NCBI GenBank assembly: GCA_003427395.1
Contig: BFEA01000010.1
Span: 6,078,144-6,142,143, forward strand
Length of the DNA: 64,000 nt
Source: Chara braunii
Taxonomy: Eukaryota > Plantae > Charophyceae
Direction: 5' to 3'
Part shown: positions 13,301-25,907 of the stretch, in pieces
Layout: every line of letters begins with the position of its first letter
Position numbering within the stretch: position 1 is the stretch's first letter
Translations under genes and position numbers: made by a program
The notes under the pieces: generated by a model
What the model was told of the DNA's origin: nothing
Databases searched by the model: none
Seen by the model: the letters and a program-made list of their open reading frames with translations, nothing else

Positions 13301-15300
13301 GAGGAGAATGGTCGGGCTCGAGATCAATGGTGTGGGATACACCTCGATCGCGAGGTAAACCGGGGGGCAAGGACTCGAGGAAGACGTCCTTGAATTCAAA
13401 AAGGAGAGCGATGTGAGGATCCGAAGGGGGGTCTTGGTCGGGTTTGTCCATTGGAAGCAAGTCCTCGGGGCGCTCGTGGTCGATAACAAGACAATAATAA
13501 GTGGAGTCGAGGTGTTCACGAGATATGTGAAGGAACTAGTGAGGGGAGACAGGGTGGGGTAAAAGGGGGGAGAAGGTAAGGGGTATCAAGAGGAGAGTCA
13601 GGAGGGGTGGAAGGAGTAGGGCATGAAACGGTCAAGACATGGAGTCCCCAAGAAGATGTCGCACATGAGGTGCATGACATTGAAGGAGACCTGACTGTAT
13701 AGAGGACCGGCATTCATGAGGGTCTCGGGGACAATGCGATCGACAACGATGGTCGAGTCCTTATCCCCTAGTCGGATGGTGATCGAGGAGTTGTAGCTGG
13801 TGGAAGAGAGGTCGGCTTTGCGGATACAGGGTTCAAAGATGAAGTTGCCAGTGCCGGTGGCACCAATATCAAGGAGGGCTCACCGTCAATGTGCCAAGGG
13901 AGACGACAATAAACTTGAGCTGGAACTACGCGGTTTCGGCACAAGCAGAAGAGATCATGGTGTTGAGGCGGCATTGATCCAAGCCTAATCTAACAAGCCG
14001 ATCGTGTCGTGCTTGTTCCTCAACGAGAGCGGAGAAGAGAAGGGGTTAGGGATGAGAGTAGAAGAGCAGGTGCCAGTGGGAAGCTCGATCGACGGGATAG
14101 CAGAAGTCGTCGGGAGGGGGGAAGGCAGAGTAGAATGCGTCACCTGGGGGTCGTCGGATGGGATGTGCGTCACCGAAAGGAGGGGTAGGCAAACGAATAG
14201 TTGATGCCAAGTGGGCCACCGGTGGAGGAGAGACGTCACCGATCGGAGAGCCGACATACAAGTGGTCGATGTCGGGGGAAGATTGCAAGGGACAGGGGGA
14301 CAGTGTTCAGGTGGAGGAGGGCTCGACTGTCTCGATGGAGAAAGAAGTGAGACTAGAAGGGCCGGGTTCCGCGGGAGCGAGGGGCCTGTCGAGTAAAGAA
14401 GCTAGCGTCGGGGTAGTTGGTCTATTGGTGACCTAATTGGCGGCAACGAAAACACCCGTTGTGTTCCTAGAGGTATATGTGTGCTGCGGGTGTAAATTTC
14501 TGAAGACCGCGGGGTGGAGAGGAAGAAGGTGGTCGGGAGGCACGATCCTGGTGTTCCATCCGCATAATGTGGACGGCCTGGAGGCCGTCAATGGTGAATT
14601 GGGAGGGGTCGAGAGGTGCAATGTCGAAATCGTCATTGGAGGTGGGTGGAGCGGTGTTGTCAAGGGTGATGTTATGGAAGAAGCGCGGGCGGGAGGGAGG
14701 GGGCGCGGACTGGTCATGTCAGGTTTGTGGGCGAGGGCGGTGGCAAGTTCTTTGTGGCATACTCGCTTGATGTGGGAGATGAACGCAAAGTCGGGAATGA
14801 CGGTGGTGGGGAGGTGATGGCGGAGGGAGCGGAGATATTGGACGAAGCGGTCCGTGGGACCGGTCTGGCGGAGGTGACAAAATTGTTCGAGGTAGTCATC
14901 GACGGTTTTCTGGGGACGAAAGGTGGCAGCGAGAAGGTTGGCCCATTAAAGGAAGGAGTGACAAGGTCCTCCGGAGGCACGGCGGTTGCCGACTTCGGCC
15001 ATCCACCATTTGGCAATGGGAAGCCAGTGCACAAGGGGCATGTGGTGGAGGTTAAAAGAGTTCTGGAGTTGGATAAGAAGAGGAAAACGCCCTCGTGGGG
15101 AAGGTCGGAGAAGGGCATGATGTCGGCGGATTCGAAGGAACGAGGGATTTCCCCTTCGCGGGAAACGATCCGGGCGAGGGTGTTGAAGTTAAGGTTATCG
15201 GGTGTAATGTCGTAGCAAGTGTAATCGAATTGGTTGTTGTCGTCAAGGAGGTAGTTGGAGGAAAGTTGTGGCATTGCGAGGTAAACCTCGGAGGTGACTT
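10320..15300 (-). mobile_element. Degenerate chromodomain Ty3/Gypsy internal region (gag-PR-RT-RH-IN-chromo)
   Basis: ALLDIGAT protease (~13860), [13 protein letters not shown] / MPFGLTNAP / VYLDDILI, RNase H, integrase WQSISMDFVCGLP, GPF motif, chromodomain FVVEAIIGRR...EYKVKWTG. Many frameshifts and local duplications. LTRs not resolved. Confidence 0.9.
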
Positions 15301-15342
15301 GGGAATAGGTGGGACGAGGGGTGGGGATGGTGGAGGTCGTGC

Positions 15343-16700
15343 CAAATTCCATTGCACGATCATGACTGATGGATGGACCAACATTCGATGTCAAACATTG
15401 TGGAACTACCTCGTCGGAACCACGAGGGGGGCCAAATATGTTGCCACAAATTCCGTTGCACGATCATGACTCACGAATGGACCAACATTCCGTGTCAAAC
15501 ATTGTGGAACTACCTCGTAGGAACCACGACGGGCGCCAAATATGTCGCCACAAATGTTATGAGAGGGAAGAAGGATGCCAATGCTCTAGCGCAGGCTCGA
15601 CGGAAAAGGTTGAAGTCCCTTGACATTAAGCTCGCAGATATTACAACTTTCGTCACACACTCGGCTTGCTCGATCTTCTGCCGCACGTCATGGACCACAT
15701 CCTTGAGGACATTGTCGACATTGACTGGGTGGGGACGCATATTGCTCAGGCGCAGTTGGTCACGAAGTTTTTCAATCGCCATAGTCATGCTCGCAAGGTT
15801 TTGCAGGAGTTCACGTTGATGGCACTATTGCTTTCTGTTGAGACTCGCTTTGGCACGCATGTCATTGTGATGAGACGACTTCCGTTACTGCAAACGAAAC
15901 TTATGCAGGTGGTCATTGATGATCGATATAAGGACACTGTCTGGTCAACGAAGAAGATTTGAGATGATGCCGCGGAGGTTACAGCATGTGTCGGGTCTCC
16001 TCTATGGTGGGAAGATATGAGAGCGGTGTGCAAGTTGTTGGATCACATCATGAACATGTTGTAGATGGTGGACAATGACACGAAGCAGATAGGTGACATT
16101 TGCGTCGGTATGATAAGATGACCATATCTTGTTTAAATGTCTGTGTTGGTTTTAATCGGGAGGAGCAAGATGTGGGGCTTGAGGTGTTTGACAGACGTCG
16201 AACCATGTTCAAGTCACTGGCTCATGCAGCTGCCATGATGTTGGATCTTGAGTTTTGAAAACCCTACACTGCGCAGGGGTTGATTGCTGCTTTGGTTCAG
16301 TTCGGCTACCGTGAGAGCTCAAACCAGCACAAGGAGGTCGTCACAACCATCCACAAGTTTCATGCTAGGGAGCCACCATTGCACAACATGGCCATGGATC
16401 GGGCGGCACGGAGCCATAGCCATCCAGCCAGTTTCTGGGAGTCTAAGCAAAAGAGATTCCCGCATACGGCCCTCGTCGTCGGCAGGATCCGTCGTATGTG
16501 GGCGACGGCATCACCTTGCGAGAGAGCTTGGTCCCACTGTAGCTTCATCCACTCCAAATCTCATAACAACTTGGAGGTTGCACAGGCCGAGAAGCTCATG
16601 TGATGCCACTCGAACATTCGGCTTCTTGACAGACCCCCGATCTCGAACAATGCTCCCAATGTCAGGCCTCGTTCGTACGAGAGTTGGGTGCACTACTCGC
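15343..16700 (+). pseudogene. hAT-family (DUF659-type) transposase remnant with C-terminal dimerisation domain
   Basis: TIMTDGWTN...LWNYLV, SVETRFGT, ATASPCERAWSHCSFIHSKSHNNL motifs. 104-bp tandem duplication at 15343-15446 / 15447-15550. Stops and frameshifts. Confidence 0.85.
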
Positions 16701-19700
16701 AACATTTGGAGGACTTGCCCACCAACCAGCAGCTTGTCTCAGGCCAAGGTTCCCATGCGACGATGACACGAGAGAGAGGATGTGCGTTGTTTCCCGCATG
16801 AGAGCCATGCGTCGATTGCGGGAGTTGGACAGGAGGAGGCGTGCTAACAGCAATCGCAAGGCGGTCGTCAGGGAGGTTGTGGACGAGGCGGGTGTAGAGG
16901 AGTTGGCGGCAGGATGTCTATCGCGAGTCGTCGACTGTCGGTGGATCACCTTGTACGCAAACTTCAACAACGCTGGGAGGTCTACCGCGAGTCGTCGACT
17001 GTCGGTGGATGACCTTGTACGCAAGCCTCAACAACGCTGGGACGAGGGAAGACGTCTTGTATGAGAGCTCGTCCAGCGACGATGAGGATTTCTTCGGAAA
17101 TGGCACGCCTGCAACGGGCGTTGACAATGATCCTGACGACCGCCACCCGAATGGAGACAACGACGATGGTGCAAGAGGCGACGATTGCTGTGATGGAGGA
17201 GATTGGTTGTGGCGATGCTCGACACGTGGAGATGGGGACAGAGTGGGTGACAACGATGGAGCAGGGGCGATGGTCATGATGCCGGTGACGCTAGTGCAGG
17301 GACAGGTGCAGCGGGCTCGACACGTGGAGATGGAAACATAGCGGGCGACAACGATGGTGCAAGGCGGCTCGATCATGATGACGGTGACATCAGTGCAGGG
17401 ACAGGTGCACGGGGCTCGACACGTGGAGATGGAGACCATGGCATCGACTACCGCTTACCCTCGAATGACAATGGAGATGGAGGGGACAGCGACAGTCCAA
17501 GACTTCTTCTGAGGACTCTTTCAGCGACGACGCCCATGAGAAGCGGATCGGCACCGATGATGGGAGCGGTCTTGCACAAAATGACACCGGGAGTATGCAC
17601 CGGGACTCTTTCTGAGGACTCTTTCAGCGACGACGCCCGCGAGAGGGGAGCAGACCACAGATGCCGCCTCCTCGACTCATGGGAGACAGTGCATATGATG
17701 TGGTACTACAGGAACAAGGTAGCAATCCAGTACCACATCCACTCGCATCAGCAGTCAGATAGGACGCAGCTGCAGTGAGGTGAGACACAAGAGGACCATC
17801 GGTAGTAGAGGAGCAAGACAATATGCCCCCACCTCGAAGCACGATTGACGTGGGGGAAGGGATTGTGACCCGTTCTTGCAGCACACATGGATTTCAGCCC
17901 GACGTCGTCAACGGAAGGGTTGCTATGCAGCGTTTAGAGACAGAGAGAGCAGATGCAAATGGCAGCGCACCGCCTACATTGATTGAGGAGAATGTTATCG
18001 CGTGTCTAACTGTTGCTCACCCGGAAGGGGAGGTTTCATACACTCCCGCACCTTAGGAGAGCGCCGACGGCCATACCGAGCTCGCATGCCCCACGGGCAA
18101 TCTTTCGGGTGATAGCGAGTTATTGGCCATGGACTCGGCACTCATCTCTCTCCCAGACTTGTCCACTTTGATATCTCCCAATTTACCCCAGATGTCATCG
18201 CCTCACCTACATCAGCATGTTCGCACAGAGCAAGGTGGTGATGCCTTTAACGAGTTGATGGCGATGCGATACTCCATCCAAAAGTGTCCACCACACCCAC
18301 TGTTTTCCGTGTGGGCATACCACGCAAGGTGAACCTTGGTAAGGCTAAGACGGCAACACGACAATGTCCCAATGGTCCCCGCAGCACTGTACAGCGCAGT
18401 CTATCCGATTTGTTTGATGGACTGCCTCCATGCGGTGGCGGGGAGGAGGGTGGCTTTGTGGCATGAGGCGCAGTTGACGGAGCAGCAGGCCCTCCAGGTC
18501 CGTCGTCACATTCAGAGCAAAAGTCCGCCAACGCAGCCGGTGGGGTGGACAGCGGTGATCAGCTGCAGCAGCGTTTGGCAGGTTCGTCAACATAACATGC
18601 TCATCACGACGACCCCCATAGACGGTTATCGAGCGCCCCACACACATTTCATGGGCAGCGGCAGCTCCTAGAAGGGTCAGCGATGGCACATCGTCGCGTA
18701 GACGCCCCCCTACTACCCTGCGACATGCAATCACAAGCGTCACCGCCACGAACACTGCTAAGGCCACATAGCAGCCTATAGTGGGGTCATCGGCGACAGC
18801 ACCTCGTGTCGACGATCCTCGCAGTTGTGCTTGTTCTGTGACTGCTGTATTGCCGATGGTATTCTATAACCGCAGGACCATAGATGGGGGGTTCGGTGAG
18901 CAAGGAGTTGGAAGTGATTGTAGGCCATCAGTACCGTCTATGGGGACACGATCCATCGAGATTGTTGGTGGTGCTCGCGACAACGCCATGAGAGAGTACA
19001 AGGACCGACATGGGAGTACTTTGCCGACAAATACATCGGATGTCGCTTTCACAAGGGTCGTGAAGGCGAGTCTTTCTTGGGCGGGGAAGAAGGACGCGGC
19101 AAGGAGATCGTCACCACATATGCATCCTCATCCGAGGCTTTCCTGCCCTGCACATCTGGAGGATGGAGAGATTGCACCAGAGAGAGGTGCATTGGATGAT
19201 GGAGGGAGGACTGTAGGAGGAATAGGAGGCACGATTCAGAGATCGGATCGTGTGCATCAGGCTGGCATAGTTGCTGCGATGGACGACCGCTGTCAGAGGG
19301 CGCGGTGTCCCGGCCCTCTGTGCGTCAGGCTCCTGTTTGGTACCAGCACCTTGCTCGGACGCCTGTGGCTCATCGGGCTGCTCCCAAACCTCCGTGACTC
19401 TTCTGGAAAATCCGAATAGTCCCCCGCTATGGGTCGGTTGAGACAGTGATTGCACCCAACAAAAGGGTGCGCCACTAGGCTTTCCATTGGTCCACACAGG
19501 CTCGGCGCCCTGCTGTACAACAAAGCACTACCAGCCTGTGGCCGTGGTAGCCGCTGGGCTCGCCTAGGGACGCGGATGTAAATAGACCGGCGCAGTCTTT
19601 TCTATTGCGCGCCGATCGCTCCCTGGTCAGGTTGGTGGTCGCTGTCAGAGAAAGAGAGGTTAAGCAAAAAAGTACAAGAAAAGTGAAAAGAAAACTAAAG

Positions 19701-20338
19701 GTCTAATCTGCACGACTGAACTGCGTACCTTAGTTTGGGGAAATCTGACGACCTTTGGTTACTTTGTCGTAACATTTTCGTTCTTTTCTTTATTATTATT
19801 ATTATTATTACTAGTATTTTTGAACTCTTAGACGCGGCTCTCTTTTGATTGTAGTCACTTCGCGGGAAGGGCCGTCAACGGTTCGAATTCGAACCTGAAT
19901 AATCTGATGGCCTAGACTGTCAGACCCTACGTTTCCCATTACTGTAAGTCTAGTCCGCGGGTCGCAATCAGCGCAAAACCCCAAAATAGGGGCAGCCAGG
20001 CCGCTTCGATAGGAAGCTCATCACCCCCTGTGGGAGGTCATGAACCCCCTCCTTGCCATCGGACGTGGGTACTCGGTAGGGCCGGTAGTGATAACTCGAG
20101 GGCTTCTTTTGAGGAGAAAATCTGATGGTTGGTGTCCCGTTATGGGACCACCAGGCTGAATCGCAAGGGTTAGAGAGCGATGGTAACGCTGCGGGGCTCT
20201 GCTCGTGTCCTGACCTTTGAGCTTCGTTTTTCCTATGTTCTAAATTATTTAACTTTTTTTTATTTTTATCAATTTTCGAACTCCAAACCATTACCTGAGT
20301 TCTCATTAGTGCACGGGAATCTCGGCATGTCTATGCTC

Positions 20339-20346
20339 TATAAAAG
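20339..20346 (+). promoter_or_regulatory. TATA box candidate upstream of orphan ORF1
   Basis: TATAAAAG about 200 bp before ATG 20546. Confidence 0.4.
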
Positions 20347-20545
20347 CGAGGTTGTTCTCAAGTCCCCCTACAAATATGTGGAGTGCACATCATTGCTAGT
20401 AGATGCCAAATGCGCCCTTCACTCTGAGAGCCGGAACTCTGCTCGCGGCTAATTGCTTGATAGTACTACCAGCAGCATAAGTCTTTCAGAGCGCTACTTT
20501 GGGCGGTCGGCCTAACGTTGTGCAGGACCTGTCAATAGTGCGGCT

Positions 20546-21022
20546 ATGGCGCGTAGCAATGGCCTTTTTGGCTATAGGTCAGGCCATCCAAGATTCTACT
20601 GGAGCTGGGAACCGATGCGCGAAGAAAGGGCTACCGTAGACGCCTGCCTAAGCTGTAGTAAAAGTGACGGCTTAGCAAGACTGAAGATAAACATTTACGG
20701 AGGGAAGGAGCAGGAGATGAGGGAGGATGCAAAGGTTCAGGGTGTAATTACGGAGGCTCATGACCGAGCCGAGCGGAGGTTCAGAAGGGACGGAGTGACT
20801 ACGAGCTTAAAGGTAACGGTTACTTACCATGAAGAGAAGACCTCCACGAGCACGACCGAGACAGAACAGGAGGAGCTGGACCAGGACTCTGAAGCAGAGT
20901 CCGAGGCCAGCGACGCACAAACCAGGTCATTCCACGGACTGGAGCAATGGCGAAGAGAGTACCCGCCAACGGAATCGGTAGAGGATGGGCCTGAGGCTAG
21001 TTCTGCCCAGCGGAGGGACTGA
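20546..21022 (+). CDS. Orphan ORF1 (158 aa, acidic C-terminal half), possibly extending to 21796 as a pseudogene
   Basis: ATG start and protein-like composition. The same frame continues through 9 stops (7 TGA) to TAA 21794-96 and includes ORF 21266-21559. Confidence 0.5.
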   Translation: MARSNGLFGYRSGHPRFYWSWEPMREERATVDACLSCSKSDGLARLKINIYGGKEQEMREDAKVQGVITEAHDRAERRFRRDGVTTSLKVTVTYHEEKTSTSTTETEQEELDQDSEAESEASDAQTRSFHGLEQWRREYPPTESVEDGPEASSAQRRD

Positions 21023-24000
21023 GATTAAGGGAGAAAAGGGCCTATCTGCATTGGGGCGGGCCGGTTGTTGCTGATGTTAGTCTCAAACGAATCATGGGGG
21101 TGACGTGTACATACTCAACTGATGGGAAAAACAGGGGTAACAGCCCCTGGGCCGCGATGCAGAAGCAGAGAAGGACGCAGGTGACTGTAGGCCAGTACGC
21201 GCAGTAGGGACGAGACGGACGACAAGCACGAGAGAGAGACTAGACCGTGGGAGAGGCAAGCGAATGTGTATGCTTGGGATGCTGGCATCAACTTGACTTC
21301 AGTGCGCAACAAGACAGAGAGAGTGGATGCACATGAGGACCAAGTCGAGAGAATCTCTACCTCAACGTTCTCGGACGAGCAGGCAAGAGAGAGGTTTTGG
21401 CATGCTCACTATGCAAGGCTCATGTGCAGGGGTATGATAACCGTCACGTGTACGTGGAGAGGGCCAATGGATAATGAGGGCAAGACAGAAAAGCGATACA
21501 GTTACGAGAGAGATGCGCGAGACAGTCAAGAGAGAGAGAGTGAGGACAAGCAGGGTTGATGAGCCCGTGAAGGCCGTCTCACGACAACATCATGAATGAG
21601 GCAATACGAGTGGCAATCAAGAGAGGAAGAGAAGGAGAGACGACCAGAAAATGTCGGGCGCGGTTGATATGGGTTTTACCGTGTGAGCAAGACGATGGGT
21701 TGGGTCAGCACGAGCGTCACTTATGGTCCGTATGTGGTCAGATTGACAGTGCCTTCCCAAGAGCATGACACGGGAACGAGAATAGTAGCCTTGTAAGTGT
21801 TATGCAAAGAGAGCGCAAATTGCAAGCTCGGAAGACGAGATTGACAAAGGGGAGGATTTGTTTAAAAAGGGGTTGATGTCACCACATTTGCTTGCTGCTG
21901 GCACTTGCCAATCTGGTTTCATCACAACGAGTGACAACACGCGACCAGACCCGTGACAACGTCTTGTGGCTAAAAAATGTCATTTAGCGACAGGCTTGAG
22001 AGTGCTTCCTTTTCCCAGACTCTGGATTTCAGTCAGCACCTGCACATCCGTGAGTAGACCTGTGAACCTAGCGACTGTAACATAGTCATTTAACTTTCTT
22101 TACAGCAGGGACTGAGAGTGATGTGAAATCTTGTTTTCTTCAATCAAATTAAGTAAGTTGTGGACTCCGTTGGTGTTAACTGCTGCTTCGAGGCATTCTC
22201 GTATGAGACTCGTTGTTAGAGAAACGAGTTGACCTTGCACAAATTTAGTTCAACAGAAGAGATTTGGGCTTAAGCATGTGAGTAATTACTGGACCTTATG
22301 ACGAGATTTTGGGAGAAAGGAAGCTAATCTGGGTGTGAACATGATGCGAGGATACACCTGATAATGTGTGACCATAGTAATGAATATTTTGCTTTGGATA
22401 AACCTATTTAGTTACCTTTCCTGCCACTGCTGCAGATCATTGTAATAGCTAGAGGTGTGGACGTTTGACGATGTATTGAGAGTGAACGGCTTATTTGAGG
22501 GACAAGCCACACCTAAATCGAGTCGAAAACTGATCTACATGACCCTTAAGTGGTTGCTGTCAGTCCGTAATCAGTGCAGATCGTGACGCCCTTACCTACT
22601 CTCATTGAGTTGTGTGGTGTACCGTGACCTTCAAGGACCAACACGATGATAATTAGCGGTAGAACTGATTATCAGCAACCCTAGATTATTCTGGGCTGCG
22701 TACCGTGCGGTTACTTTCACCCTTCTTGTGACGAGGGGAGCAACAAGTAAAAAGAGGGTCGAAACAACGTTCTTAATTGTCTTGCAATCGAGATATTTCC
22801 ATTTGGTCGTGATTGATGGTAAGGGGCGTGTGTGGTGAGGTCAGACTTTCCATGACAGAAGGGTAGAGTAAGTTTATGTTTGATGTCATCAAAACACTGA
22901 CGGGAAGTTCGCTGTTTATTATCCCTTGGTTGTTGCCCTCTGTTATCCAAGTGTTTTTGCCAGCTCAAGCGATGTGATTTCGCGGGCAGTATGTAAAAGA
23001 GGAAAACGAGAGGGATGATGACGCGGGTCTTAACGGGCTGAGCGTCGGACTATAGGGCGTGAACTAGGAGAGACATCCTGTTCTGTTCTGTGCAGAAGTC
23101 GTGATCTTCGCCCTTGAAAGTTCATACGAGCATGAGGTCTGATGCGCCCACGTGTACACATACGTTCGTGCGAAAACACTATCATGCAGGCTCGCAGGGC
23201 AGGCAACTGGTCGTATGGGCCTGTTGGTGCTTATGTGGCTGCATGATCTAGTCTGTAAGCCCCTGTATGAGTGTGAACGCACGCTCTATCTAACTGGCGA
23301 AGCAGTCACCCTATCACTCCGGTTAAATTTAGACGAGTGATCATTTTCAGTTCTCTCTAAGTACCGGGTCTGAGTGATGAAGAAAAAAGTTAAGAAAAAT
23401 CTCTTATTTAATTGCCAAGTTTTTACTTGATGGTGATTAGTACTAGCTGTGATTAGCGTTCATAACGTTAACAAGGATCGACACCGGAGGGCGGGGGTAA
23501 GTCGAAAGGAGGAATTTACCTGAGCATCGCCTGCCCTTACTTTTGATATTGAGCAACCTCAAAGTCTGGTGATGCCCATGCAGAGGCTGTGATGTTTTCT
23601 CTCAACTATATCCACAGGCGCCTTAGCGACCTAGGAGCCTTTTAAGAAACCAGATTGGACCGAGTTGAAGGGTGACTTCGTGAGTACATTGGATCTACCC
23701 GTAATTGTAATCGAACTTTTGGATAAAGTATGGAGCTCTTTCGTCAAAACGAAATCTAAAGATATGATTAATCCTACCAGTCTGCACAGAGAATACCCTA
23801 TCACTCAAGACCGGAGGCAGTCATGACTGTTGGCCACCCCCATTGGGCACTGCCTGACAATACACACATACCCTTGTGCTCGGAATGGTCAGATGGACTT
23901 AGAACTGGAACTATGAAAGTTGGTTCGGCGCGCAGGTAGTTAGCAGCCAAAACCACTGCAGCACACTCAAAAATAGCTTAGCCACTTTATGTTCGAATTG

Positions 24001-24706
24001 TAACCGGACTGCCAATACTCTGAACTCTCACTGGGCATACTGGTTACGGCTACTTAGCGATTGAGCAGTGCCTCATCACGAGTCATTTCCCTGGGGAGTA
24101 CGGTCCGATCGCAGCCAGTGGACCATACTGAGTCTGTGTTGCAGTCTGGTATAATTTCAAAAACCAACCAGCCGAGAAGAATCAAGAGCAGGCTACATTC
24201 AAAACCTCAGCACAGATACTAATCTAAAGACCAACTGTTGGTCAGGCATCAAAAGGAAACCGTGAAGTTGGCATTACTCAGATTCAACTACCATATTTGG
24301 GACAGATAAGGCCTGCAGTTAATATACCAACCTGTCACCCTCACGGGTAAAAACTCGACAAGCCCAGGCGGTGAATGGTCATCTATGAGATTTAGGTGCT
24401 CCGAAGTGTGAACTCGACACTCACTCACCAACTCTACTCATGAGTGCAAACCAAACAGTTAAGAACAAGCGTTTTTATTGAGCCCTGAAAGCCATTTTCG
24501 TGAGTCTGTTCTGATCGAACTACTACCTGTCAGACGATCAGAGCAGTTTCCATACTAATACAGAAACAGGGGGATGATTCTTGCAGGCTGGTGCTAATGA
24601 TCTCGTAGCAGAATGAACTTCTAAGGGTAAATTCAATATCAATCCTTGACTGAAAGGACAAACGAAGCACTTTGATCGACTCTAGCGACTTAGACCATTA
24701 GGAACC

Positions 24707-24958
24707 ATGAAAGGTAGTGAGGTGCTAGTTGTAAAGTGCAGTTCTGTTAGAGACAAGAAGGAAGGATGGAAAGAGGAGGCATGTCGGGACATGGACTTTC
24801 ATAAGCAGGTTCTGCGAGAGCATGCAGTTCGGATAATCAGGGAAGAAAGATACACTGAATACGTGTTTTACTTATGTGGTCGTGACGGTAAGCTGCACAG
24901 CATAGGCTCATTCCTAGAAACGGTGGAACAGGCCAAGGCAAGGTTCTGGTCAATATAG
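24707..24958 (+). CDS. Orphan ORF (83 aa)
   Basis: ACCATGA start context and globular-looking composition. No family recognised. Confidence 0.4.
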   Translation: MKGSEVLVVKCSSVRDKKEGWKEEACRDMDFHKQVLREHAVRIIREERYTEYVFYLCGRDGKLHSIGSFLETVEQAKARFWSI

Positions 24959-25194
24959 GAAACGCCCAGGCTGTCCAGTTATGGCTTCCGCTAGTATCTA
25001 CACTAAAGAAATCTTTTTTTTTTTGCAATCTACAACCCTTCCAAGTGAACTGTATTTGGTGACTCGGTCTTGATCAGAGTTTAATCGGCACGCAACTATC
25101 AACCTTCAATCAATAGTCCTGCAACCTTCAGTTCTGGCCAATACTCGAACGTTGTCAACTAGCACGAGGGTCAGCACTAATCAAACAGAGCCCT

Positions 25195-25204
25195 TATAAA
25201 AAGG
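25195..25204 (+). promoter_or_regulatory. TATA box candidate upstream of orphan ORF
   Basis: TATAAAAAGG about 125 bp before ATG 25323. Confidence 0.45.
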
Positions 25205-25322
25205 CAAGTCAATTTCAGTACCCATTTCAGCCACATGAGCACGATTTAGTGATTACCAGTTAGTGAATCAGTTTTGACCAGGCTCAACAAGATTGCCACC
25301 AAAGAAGCCTTCCAGTATCGAT

Positions 25323-25907
25323 ATGTCAGTGCAGTGGGTTTACGACGAGACCTGTCAGTCTTTTGTCGTCCTCACTGAGTTTACAGGAGGCGCCATTCAC
25401 GACCTGAGACCTTATATAATGAGGGGCAAGGAGACCCATGAGCATTTCGATTCAGTTTGGATCACGGCAGCCAGGCACCTTGAGGAAAGAGAGGAGTTTG
25501 ATGAGAAAGGTACCAAGCTGATCCGTAGCTTTGGACCTAAGCTCTACACTGGCTATCCCAAACCTCTGGTACCTTTCACTCTTATAGACGACTCTTGTTG
25601 GGGTGACTTGGTGGATCTAGCCAAGAGGTACATTTCTCCTGCAGTGATCGACTACGAGGTAGTGATCGAGCCTTCTGGGTTTCCGCATCTCAGGCGAGGG
25701 ATTTTCTCACTTCTCACGGCCACACCTTCCAACTCTATGGGAGGAGTTTTGTGCTATGGTTGATTTTCGTATCATGGGACTTGGATGGAAGTGCTCAGGA
25801 CTAGCAGGTTTCAGGTGGCTCTACATACAGAGACCACAGTCTCAAAGAGTACACAGACATGGCCGAAAGCCCAAGTGGCAGACAGCAAAATGAGAGATCG
25901 AGTGTGA
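25323..25907 (+). pseudogene. Orphan ORF (146 aa to TGA 25761; 194 codons if that TGA is a nonsense mutation)
   Basis: MSVQWVYDETCQSF...GVLCYG*FSYHGTWMEVLRT...RDRV*. Single in-frame TGA. Confidence 0.5.

Noticed and set aside
19745-19780. CTGACGA hammerhead core (also CTGAAGA at ~26305 and minus-strand CTGATGA at ~39815)
   Set aside because: No properly paired stem II followed by GAAA.
19859-19956. Group I intron P/R/S-like motifs (CGCGGGAA, GACTG, AAGTCTAGTCC)
   Set aside because: No Q element or P3/P4 pairing; simple nested stems explain the same bases better.
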